A DNA stretch of 64,000 nucleotides. Origin: a virus. Location of the stretch: positions 10,335 to 74,334 of the IMG/VR virus record IMGVR_UViG_3300034198_017445; one strand, written 5' to 3'. Position numbers and translations under genes: made by a program. Under the pieces are notes generated by a model. It worked only from the letters and a program-made list of their open reading frames with translations. It was not told the origin of the DNA and made no database searches. This document shows positions 47,769 through 56,981 of this stretch, in pieces; the first letter of the stretch is position 1; the number at the start of each line of letters is the position of its first letter.

Positions 47769-49351
47769 TCCTGCTCATGGGAGTTGTTCATGAGATAATG
47801 ATCTGGAATATGCTAATGCCTATCAATCGGCTTTGTTGCTTGAAGACGAACTATGTGGCTGATCGGTGCCATCGTTACCGAAAATATGGGTCTGTTGCGT
47901 TATCGCCAATCGCGAGGCTTTGTTTCGCTGATATCGATGCAGTTCACCGCCTGCTCGGAGGCTTTGTTTTCGAGATACAACGACGTGGTTGCTTTTGATT
48001 TTATGCCTGCTAGGTGGCATCGTTACATTGGCTCGAACTTGAATTTCATTCATTGCGTGCGATGGGGCATCATTCCATTGACATACCCGTAAGCCTGCTC
48101 GGAGGCGTTATATCGGAGACAAAAAGCATACGGGGAGACTATTTGGACTGCGATTGATTTGCCTGTCGTGAGGCGTCGTATCGCGAAAACGAGATTGATC
48201 ACATGATTCCGCCTGCGGACCGGCTTCGTTGGTCCGGCGCAAGGACATCGTTGCCTGCTCAGAGGCATTGTGTCTGAGACGTTCGCGAGAACTTCGATCT
48301 GTCGCCTGCCATGAGGCTTTGTGTCATGGACGGAGTCCATAATGCCCGAAAGTGAAACCAAAAACATACCGATCAGCTCGGTCACAAATGCTCTGTGGGA
48401 GTGCCGTGATTGCGGCTGCGAGTCGAGCGATGTGTACTGGTTCAGTTGTTTGGGTGCGAGGCTCAAGAAGCCGAGGTGCGCGTGCTGCCATGAGAAGGCG
48501 GTCGTCTCTGGTTCGTCTGTTTACGAAGAAGGGACTATTGAAATGTCTGGTTGCCAGCAACGGGTGTACGGTAGGCATGTTCGGGGAATCTACTTGTTTC
48601 GGGAGGAGAAGTAACTTGCTTGTGCCTGTTCGGAGGCATCGTATCCGTGACGACCACTGTTTTACCCGCCTGCGCTGGGGCGTCGTTTCGGTGAGTGTGA
48701 CTACACAATCTCCTGCGCGGTGGAGTTGTAACCGTGGCCAGATTAGCGATTTTGCTTTAAGCCTGCATGGAGGCATCGTATCTATGACCCCATTGTGCCG
48801 TGTTCATTGCCTGCTCGGAGGCGTCGTATCCGAGATGAAACATTTGCTATCTCGTTTTCATTGCCTACCGTGAGGCGTTGTTTCATGGATCCGACCATAG
48901 CTTCCGGCGTGGCTTTGTAGCGTCGATGGCCTGATTGCGTGCGCCTGCTTGGAGGCTTTGTTTCCTTGGCTCAATACGATCAGTGAGAATTTTGCCTGCT
49001 CAGTGGCGTTGTAACTGCGATCCAGGATTTGGTTGGCGTATCGCCTGCTTGGAGGCTTCGTTTCCTGAACATGATGCATCGCTGCTCAGTGCCTGCTCAG
49101 CGGCTTTGTTGCTGGGATGAAAAGTCACTTTGCCATCTATCGCCTGCGGACCGGCGTGGCTGGTTCGACGTCAGCCATTTTTTGTAATCGTCACGAAACT
49201 GTTTCATGACGGTTTTGTCCTGCGCATCGGACTTGTTGGTGCGACAACGCGGAAAATGTGGAAAGTATTGATGGTGCTCGGATGAAATTGGAATCGTCAC
49301 GAAACTATTCTGTGACGTGTTTTGCCTGCTCGGAGGCTTTGTATCCGTGAC
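47769..49351 (+). CRISPR. Structure-conserved CRISPR-like array A (26 units, split by a small ORF)
   Basis: 28-nt units at 47769, 47818, 47857, 47905, 47949, 48005, 48055, 48093, 48161, 48211, 48253, 48304, 48624, 48668, 48711, 48761, 48809, 48863, 48900, 48943, 48994, 49043, 49091, 49142, 49218, 49324; covarying stem and pseudoknot. Confidence 0.85.
48342..48614 (+). CDS. Small Cys-rich zinc-finger-like protein embedded in array A
   Basis: GGAG RBS; CRDC...CACC; fills the gap between units 12 and 13. Confidence 0.6.
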   Translation: MPESETKNIPISSVTNALWECRDCGCESSDVYWFSCLGARLKKPRCACCHEKAVVSGSSVYEEGTIEMSGCQQRVYGRHVRGIYLFREEK

Positions 49352-49403
49352 AGGTAGCTCTAGCAGACCGCCAAATTCGAGCGATAAAATACTCCAAGTT
49401 TCC

Positions 49404-49505
49404 GTATTTACTGTATTGACGCGAAGTGTCCGGTCGTTAACATGGACACATGCGAACGACGGGGTGTCGAACGCGGGGCTGGTTCAAACGGGAGACTGGA
49501 AAATG
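49404..49505 (+). promoter_or_regulatory. Sigma70-type promoter/leader module, copy 2
   Basis: TTGACG (49416)-N16-TAACAT (49438); GACGGGGTGTCG; AACGGGAG. Confidence 0.75.
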
Positions 49506-50762
49506 CGTTACTCAAAAAGTGGATTGTTCGAGTTGTGGCGAAATGTTGTCATTGAGGGCGATTGCGTCACGCCATCCGTTTGCCGATCTTTTCTGGTTCG
49601 GATTTGTGCGACATCGGAAGATGCCAAGAAAGCACTTGCTGAGTGCGATCCTCGGGATGACATCGGTATCGTTGCTCCGAAGGCTTATGTCGAACGGCAC
49701 AGGAAGTTGTTTCTCCGCAAGCAAGCGAGGCTGGCTGCGAGCAGTGCTGTTGATGTTCCATTCTAGTGCGATGGTTGGTCTTGCTCTCCTGCGCTTTGCA
49801 GGGGAGCGTTGTGGTGGTTAGGAAACGGGAGTCTCTGAAATGTTGATCGAAGAAGTTCAGGCTGATCTTGGCGATCTGTTGCGTGATGTGGTTGCCATTC
49901 GCGAGGACATGGAGAACGCTGAGTGCTGCGAGGTAAAAAGCGATCTGTGCGAGAACTTGCGATCGGCGTTGCTGAAGGTTTCTGATCTGAAGGTCGAGCT
50001 GCAGAAGTTTGTTCGCAAGGCTGAGAAGTGCTCGGGGTGATTGGTTGTTTTTAAACGGGAGGTCTGTGATGTTGGAAGCTGGCAAGTTCTATCGGAACAA
50101 TAACGGAAAGCGGATCCTGATCGGCGGTCGGATCAAGCACTACTCGGAGTTCAATTCGTTCGTGTGGTCGGTTTCCGGCGACTGGTACGACGAGGCGACC
50201 GGTCGGTTTGTGCTGTGCACTCGGAGGTACTGCGGTTTCAGGTTGCCGGTGGAGTTCACTGGTTCCTGTATCGAAAACCATGAGGCTGTCGGAGACATGG
50301 ACGATGCGGTCGTCGTCGATGAGCCATGCAGTTCCGATCGCGTTCTTGCTGACCAAGCAAAAGGAAGGACTGTTCGCCATGAAGGATAACGAGGCTACTG
50401 TTGTTGTGCTCAAAAACGGCTTGCGAGTCGCTAACTTCTCAAGCCCACATTCGTTCACGTTCACCGATGGTTCGGTGCTTGAAGCCTGCTCTGCAAAGCG
50501 TGCGAAGAAGTTGATGCTTGAACACGTCGAGGTTGAGCACAAGATGCAGCGCTGGACGGACATCGAGTTGAAGTTCGAAATGTCTGAGCCTGTCATGCTG
50601 GAGGTGCTCGCGTTGATCCAGCGGTCGGACATCGACATCGTTCTGGTTCCGTTGCCTGTTCTTGAGTTGGTTCGTGAGAAGGGCTGGACGACGAAGATTC
50701 GCGGCATTCGCGTCGCTGATCGGGTCACGAAAACGATCCATTGTGATCGCTTCTGTTTGTAA
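49503..50762 (+). other. Four small early CDSs (49503-49766, 49840-50040, 50069-50389, 50379-50762)
   Basis: AACGGGAG or AAGGA upstream of each start. Confidence 0.6.
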
Positions 50763-50776
50763 TGGTGGGTTGATCT

Positions 50777-51085
50777 ATGAGCTGCGAGTCTTGTGGGCGT
50801 GAGGTCAAATACTACGGGCATTTGCATGGTGGCGTGCGTTGCGCCAATTACTGCAAAGGCCAAGGTCTTATTGTGGAGGCTGATTCTGTGGCTGAGAAAG
50901 AAAAGCGTCGGATGGGTCGACCACCGACCGGTGTCCCTACAAAGGTCGCTATCGCGTTCCGGTTGGATCCCGAGGTCTATGCGTTCCTGCGGTCCGTCGA
51001 AAACGGAAAACGCACGACGTTGGTCGAGGGGGCTGTCCGTGGGTCCAAGGAGTTCCGTGCCTGGGTGAAAAGCCAAAAGGCTTAG
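50777..51085 (+). CDS. Small DNA-binding protein (Zn ribbon plus RHH/BrnA-like)
   Basis: MGRPPTGVPTKVAIAFRLDPEVYAFL. Confidence 0.65.
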   Translation: MSCESCGREVKYYGHLHGGVRCANYCKGQGLIVEADSVAEKEKRRMGRPPTGVPTKVAIAFRLDPEVYAFLRSVENGKRTTLVEGAVRGSKEFRAWVKSQKA

Positions 51086-51099
51086 CGAGGGTTTTTTTA

Positions 51100-51480
51100 A
51101 TGAGTGAGAATATCGTAAGGTTCGAAGCCACAAAAACTCCGAAAGGCTGTGTTGCGATAGCTTCGTGGCCATCCGGTCGATTCCAGGAGAAGCGTTATTT
51201 GGGTGGGCAGGAGCGTGCTGAGACTTGCGCGGTGAGATGGATCACTGATCAAATCGAATCGTTGCGAGAAAAGTGTGAGGTTGAGCGATCGGAGATGCCG
51301 AAGGTTTACGTCAACGGCAAACAGATATTGCTTGTGGGTCAGTCGAGAACTTGGTCAAAGTCGATCAAGTTCAGTTGTGATGTAGCTAAGTTTTTGGTGG
51401 AGCGCGGGGATGGTTGCGTCGAGGATTTGATTCGCAAATCGAAGGCGTTTAAGGACTGGGTGAAAAGCCAAAAGGCGTAA
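51100..51480 (+). CDS. Hypothetical protein sharing its C-terminus with the previous gene
   Basis: Both end SK.F..WVKSQKA. Confidence 0.6.
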   Translation: MSENIVRFEATKTPKGCVAIASWPSGRFQEKRYLGGQERAETCAVRWITDQIESLREKCEVERSEMPKVYVNGKQILLVGQSRTWSKSIKFSCDVAKFLVERGDGCVEDLIRKSKAFKDWVKSQKA

Positions 51481-51554
51481 TTCCCGGAGACGGTTTCGGG
51501 CTGGCGTCGGCTATTGATGTATCTGGCTTTTGTTCTTTTGCGGGGGGCGGTTTG

Positions 51555-51878
51555 ATGTTTGTGGAAATTGAGGTCAGTCTTTGGATCGTGCATTCCAGTG
51601 GATGCGGTCGGGTACAAAGCACGATGTTCAAAGCCAAGAAGACGTTTCTTCGTCCATGCGTGCCTGAAGTTGGTTCTCTGTTTCAGGTCGATGGAACCAA
51701 CGGAAACGGGGTAAGTACGCGGGTCGCCGATGTTGTCTGGCATACTGGGAAACGGGATTTTGTGGAGGTCTTGACTACTCAGATCGTTGTTTTTGGCGAC
51801 GAGACCGACGAGGACCGGACTGTCTACCTTAAGACGCTTACGGCTGAAGGTTGGAAGTGTGACGAGGGGACATCATGA
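51555..51878 (+). CDS. Hypothetical protein
   Basis: Follows a promoter motif. Confidence 0.55.
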   Translation: MFVEIEVSLWIVHSSGCGRVQSTMFKAKKTFLRPCVPEVGSLFQVDGTNGNGVSTRVADVVWHTGKRDFVEVLTTQIVVFGDETDEDRTVYLKTLTAEGWKCDEGTS

Positions 51879-52402
51879 CTCAAGAACTAAAAATCAATCG
51901 GGCACCATGCACGAGCTGCCCGTATCGAAAAGACGTTCCAAGCGGTATCTGGGTCAAAGAGGAGTACGACAAGATTTTGCCATACGATGGCGAGATGTGG
52001 GTTCAACCACGGGGCGTGTTTCTATGCCATCAGAACGATGGTTCGCTGTGCCGTGGCTGGCTGGATTGCCATGGCGACAATCTGCTTGCTGTGCGGCTGT
52101 TGTGCTCGCGTGGCGATGCGACAAGCGCGGCGATGATCAAGGCGTTGGACGAAGGGCCTGCGGTCGCTGTGTTCAATAGCGCGGCAGATGCGTCGAAGCA
52201 CGGCAGGAAAGCGATCAGGAAACCTGGGAAGCGGGCGCAGGTGTTGATGGATTCAATCACTCGCAAGCGTGGCAAGCTGTGCATCCATGCGGACAAGTCT
52301 TGCCGGTGCCATGGCTACCAAAAGGATCCGAACGATGCATCTCTGTGTACTTGTGGCTGTCCGTTGGATTTACACGTTGTTGAAAAGGTGGAAGCAAAGT
52401 GA
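51875..52402 (+). CDS. DUF6283-like Cys-rich protein
   Basis: PCTSCPYRKDVPSGIW..EY.K...YD, FLCHQ, LCRGW. Confidence 0.75.
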   Translation: MTQELKINRAPCTSCPYRKDVPSGIWVKEEYDKILPYDGEMWVQPRGVFLCHQNDGSLCRGWLDCHGDNLLAVRLLCSRGDATSAAMIKALDEGPAVAVFNSAADASKHGRKAIRKPGKRAQVLMDSITRKRGKLCIHADKSCRCHGYQKDPNDASLCTCGCPLDLHVVEKVEAK

Positions 52403-54529
52403 GCGAAGCAAACGAAGTCAACGAAGACGGCGAGATTCTGGTCCCTGTCACAATCAAGCTGTCGAGGCGGGAAGCGGAGGAGATACTTGTCGCGATCGAT
52501 CAAAGGCGTCGCAAGTCTTCCCGTGCTCGCGATTATCAGCTCGGTGCGCTGGGTGATCGAATCGGCAAGGTCGTAGAGGTTATCTTCTATGCGGATCCTG
52601 GTTGGTGGCAAAGAATCGCGGAGCGAAAATGATCGAAGAAACCCCAATTCGGAAGCACTACTTTCGTAGTGATGAAGAACTGATTTTCAAACGTCAGTTC
52701 GTGATTCAGTTCCTTGCTTCGCATGAGGCTGAGAATTTCGATCGCAATTCCAGTGTGTACGGCTGGAAGAATCATCAGGAAAGAATTCCTGTCGAGGACG
52801 CAGCGTGCTTGGCGCAGCGTGCTTGGGACCGTTGGGTTGAAGTGATCGGTGTAGTCAAAACAGAAAGCGGTGGTTGAGATGGCAAAAAAAGGAAAGAAAC
52901 CTGTTCAGCGGGTTCGGTCGAAACTGGAGATCATCGCTCAAGAAGCGAGTTCATCGGTTACCGATGCGTTGTGTCGAACGAGCGACCATGGTGAGGCTGC
53001 TGCGCTTCAAGCGTTCGTCGATGAGTTCGATACGTTGCTTGAAGGCTGGAAGATGCGGCTTGATGAACTTCGCGAAGAAGAAGAGGAGGGCGAGGACTGA
53101 ATGGGTACTCACGGCACGATTCTGGTACTGAACAAAGGCGACAAGCGTGACGAGGGTATCTGGCTTCATGCCTACTCGGACGGGCAAGTCGATGATGCGA
53201 TGGATATGCTTCACGATTTGCCGAAGTGGTACGTCGACCGCGCGGTGCTTTCGAATCGATTGGAGGATCACTCGATCGGCTTTGGTTTTCTAGTCCGTAG
53301 TTTTAACAATGAATTATGGGATGGGTGCTTGTTTCCGAAGCTAGCGGCTGAAAAGACATTCATTGCTTCTCTGGTTTGCGGTCGCTACTTGGGTCGCTGG
53401 AGTCCTGTTGTCGAGGGCGAGATTCCATTTCACGTTATGGGCTGCGAGCCGGATATAAAAGTTGTTTGCTGCCAAGATTCGTACTCTGTGCTGAGGAAGC
53501 ACGGCAGGAAAGGTGGAAAGCAGGTCGCGTGGTCGGATGATCTTCGACGGTTGTTTGGTGAGGCAAATGCAAAAGAGCCGAAGCCGATGCAGTTGTTCAG
53601 CAGTAAGACCAAGGTGCGATCGCGAGCGTGCTCCAAGGGTCCGTGGTCGCGCTGGGGGCAAACGATCGTTAGTGCTCCTGTTGACTTCGATGGTGGTTAC
53701 CCTGCTCCCGCTTCGAAGGTCATCGCGCATCTCTTTTGCACGGCGGATGGAACCGGGGTCGAGGACCGGATTCTGGATTCGGAGATGGTCGGAAACGGTA
53801 ACGTGCTTGCTGCATCGTATGCCATGTTCGATGCGATCGAGGCGATGGTTGAGTGGGATGCGCTCGATGCGACCGAGGAGGGTAGGTACTGGAAGAAGGT
53901 ACTTGGTGACTTGAGTTCGCTGGCTCGGGGTGGTGCTCCTATCGAGTTGAAGCAGTACGAGGTCGATGCCCCTGACGGAGAGGTTTTTGGGTCGATGGAA
54001 TCAGGAACCCTGTTTCCTCCAAGCAAAGTATCGCTGGCGTTCGACGATTTGCTTGCTGCTTGCAAGGAGTTGGTCGTGGGAAACTTTGCTGTGCTGTCGG
54101 ATAATGGCGATGTCGAGGCTGTGAAAATACCAAGCGTGAAGTTCACCGAGTTCGAGGCTGCGATTCATAAGGCTGAGGGCAAAGATGGCGAGTGAAGAAA
54201 CCGAAGGGGAAGTGGAGTTCTCGGACGGAGAGCGTTCGTTCGACTGGCTGCGAGACGCGCTCGGTGCTGGAGTACCACCATCTCATGTTATGTGCCGGTG
54301 CTTTATAAGTCCGGATGATCTTGTGCCGAAGGAGCGAAAGTTCGTCGCCATCTTCGACGAACGAAAGAACGACTATGTGTGGCATAGCGTTCGTAATCGT
54401 TACATGCCTGTCCTAGAAGAACCGCTTCCGGAGGGGTGTACTGAAACTGCGTATGTGGCGACTGGTAGGTATCTGTCGCGTGGTGATGGCAATATCGCGG
54501 AGATTTTCGAGGAGAGGGGTGACGGGTGA
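52399..54529 (+). other. Run of hypothetical CDSs (52399-52632, 52629-52877, 52879-53100, 53101-54195, 54185-54529)
   Basis: Coupled ORFs. Confidence 0.55.
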
Positions 54530-55314
54530 AGTCGCAATGGTTCGCGGATCGAAACCGGTATGAGTTCGCCAAATGCCTAGCAGAAGCAGACTACTCGTTG
54601 CAATCGTGGGATTTGATGGACGTGTTCCTGACGTGCGCTGTGATGTCTATGCGTCAGGCATATCAAAAGATGATGTTTCAACCGTTGCGTGCCGACTGGG
54701 AGGAGCGTTACCAAAAGTCGATCGCTCGCGTGAAGCATCCAGAAAAGATCAAGCAATGCTACGCCATTCTCGCGATGGGGCTGGAGGCAAGGGGCGATGA
54801 TTTCCTCGGGTCGACTATCCAGGAGTTGGGGCAAGCTGACGTTGCGTGGCGTGGTCAATGCTTTACTCCTCCTGCGCTGTGTACGGTCATGGCTCAGATG
54901 ATGATGGGTGACTTGCTACCGGATCCAAACAACCGGATCGTTCTGCAGGAGCCTGCTTGCGGTGGTGGCGCGATGGTGATCGCTTCGTCGCAAGTTCTGG
55001 CTGGCAATGGTTTCTATCCGTGGAACTACTATTGGACGTGTGTTGATGTTGACTGGCGCATGTTCGCGATCTGTTTCTTGCAGTGCAGCCTGCTTGGGAT
55101 TCCTGCGACGGTGATCCATGGGAATACTCTATCGCTCGAAACGTGGGACAGTGCGCCTACGTTTGCTGCGGTGATGCATCCGTTGCGAAAGAAAAGAGAC
55201 CAAAAGCCGGAGGTTGAGGCTATCGCTATGGAGCTGGAGCCTGTTCCGGTGGTCGATGTGCCTGTCGTGTCGGAAGTCGCCAGTCAAACTTACAAGCAGT
55301 TGTCTCTGTTCTAA
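54526..55314 (+). CDS. N-6 DNA methylase-like protein (truncated HsdM-like)
   Basis: DFLG, GQCFTPPALC, QEPACGGGAMV, HGNTLS; no NPPF motif. Confidence 0.8.
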   Translation: MKSQWFADRNRYEFAKCLAEADYSLQSWDLMDVFLTCAVMSMRQAYQKMMFQPLRADWEERYQKSIARVKHPEKIKQCYAILAMGLEARGDDFLGSTIQELGQADVAWRGQCFTPPALCTVMAQMMMGDLLPDPNNRIVLQEPACGGGAMVIASSQVLAGNGFYPWNYYWTCVDVDWRMFAICFLQCSLLGIPATVIHGNTLSLETWDSAPTFAAVMHPLRKKRDQKPEVEAIAMELEPVPVVDVPVVSEVASQTYKQLSLF

Positions 55315-55317
55315 GGG

Positions 55318-56938
55318 GTGGTCGTGAAACCGAAGGATCTAAAAGCAAAAAGCGTCGATGTGGACGATCGGTTTGTTGCTGTTGTGAGCAACCGCGATCC
55401 GTTTGCCCAGCCATCGCAGCCTGTCGGAACGCACTACTATCTTCGTGTGGTCGCCGTGAAAGAACGACGTGGTCACGTCTACTTTCAGTGTGCCGTGGAG
55501 GATCAGCATCGGGTTGAGGCGGGAGCGTATCGAACTGTCATGCATCGCTGTGATGCGGATGTGCAGGTGTACGCATGACTGGTATCGCTATGATCGCAAG
55601 GGGCCAAAAGCGTGAGCCTACGGAGCGAATCAAAAAGCTGGAGTTGGAAGCGTATGATGCGGCTTCGGAGATTTTCCTGACGGCTTTGCTTGATGTGTTC
55701 AAAAAAGAGAATAGCGGAAAGTCTTCTGTTGTGATCAGGCTGCACGGTCGAAAAGGGCTAGGGATCGAGTACTGGACGGTTGGTCCGGATGAGGTCGACG
55801 GTGATGATTCTGAAACTGGGGGGCGTGATGTCTCAAACGATGGCTGTTAAGGTCATGAAGTGCAAAACAACCGGGCGCACGGAGATGCTTTTGATGCATG
55901 CTCGCGATGCGCCTGCTGAATTGTTTTTGACGGCGCTGACCGATGCGTTCTCATCCAAGTCTGGCGATCCGGTTGTTATTGCGGTGACCACCGACGAAAA
56001 GACGGTGTCGTATTGTTTTGAGCCTGGGAAGCTGACCGATCTTGGGAATATTGACTGAGACTGTTTCGTGCTCGCGTCGGCTATTGATGTGTGGTTGTTC
56101 GTTGTTCTGTTGTGCGGGAGCGTTCTCTTGAAAACGGTAGTGATTCAAATCGGAAATTCTGATAGCAAGTTGACGAGATCCGACTGGCTTCTGTTCATTG
56201 CTGATACCCGTCAGTCTGTTGCGAAGCATTGCGGTCAGGTTCATTTCGACGGTGGTTCGAGTTTCGATTCGCAATGGCAAAACGTATGCATTGTCGCGGA
56301 GTCTCGGGTTGAAAACGAGGCGAGCCTGCTTATCGATTTGCGTCGTATCCGTCAGAAGTGGAAACAGTACGCGATCGCTGTCACGCTTGGCGAAACCGCG
56401 ATGGTCTGATTCTTAGTGTGGTTCGTCTCTTTTGGATTGCTGGAGGTGATGCGTGGAATACACAGATTTGTGCGAGGAGTTGCGTGCGTTCAATAGACCT
56501 ATGGTTCAAGAGGCTGCACGAGTTATCGAGTTGCTTGAAAAGAAGATAGAAACACTTGAAGCGGCTGCTTCCGATGTTCCTGAAAACGTCGACTTCAATG
56601 CTGACTTAGATTTTTTGGTGGCTGCTCACGATATGCAGGTTCGGCTGCTCAAGTCTGTTACCGGAAATCCGCACGTTCTCGAACGATCTAGCGTCGTCGA
56701 GAGGCAAGTTGCAGATTGGTCAAAAAAGCGAAACGCAGCGGATCTTGCGGCGGCGCAAATGCAGCGGTATTGGCGACTAAAAGACGATCTGCTTTCGAAC
56801 GTCGTCAAGGTAACAGGGTTTGTCAATTCGCTCCCGTTGATGTTTCCTGGCTACGAGCCGTCTCAGTTGGATCAGTTGGAAAACATGGTTAGGTGTCTCA
56901 AGCAAGCGTTTGACGCTGCGGACGTCTCTCGAATCTAA
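55318..56938 (+). other. Run of small hypothetical CDSs (55318-55578, 55575-55850, 55828-56058, 56128-56409, 56453-56938)
   Basis: Coupled ORFs and RBS motifs; two share an A(A/P)(S/A)E(I/L)FLTAL.D.F segment. Confidence 0.55.
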
Positions 56939-56981
56939 GTGTGGTTGTTTTTGTTCGTTCTATTTTTTCTCGGGGCAGGTC

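Noticed and set aside
46880-47791. 303-aa minus-strand ORF and similar long antisense ORFs across the window
   Set aside because: Shadow frames of real + strand genes
47762-49300. ORFs 47762-47998, 47853-48092, 48352-48873, 48935-49120 and minus-strand ORFs over array A
   Set aside because: No evident RBS or protein motifs; they are chance frames through the repeat units
47797-49323. Self-targeting spacers
   Set aside because: I noticed no match in the window but cannot search exhaustively by eye; unresolved
47769-49351. REP-like repeats or a string of terminators
   Set aside because: No poly-T tails; fixed 28-nt geometry, a second covarying pairing and adjacency to a Cas12-like gene fit crRNA handles better
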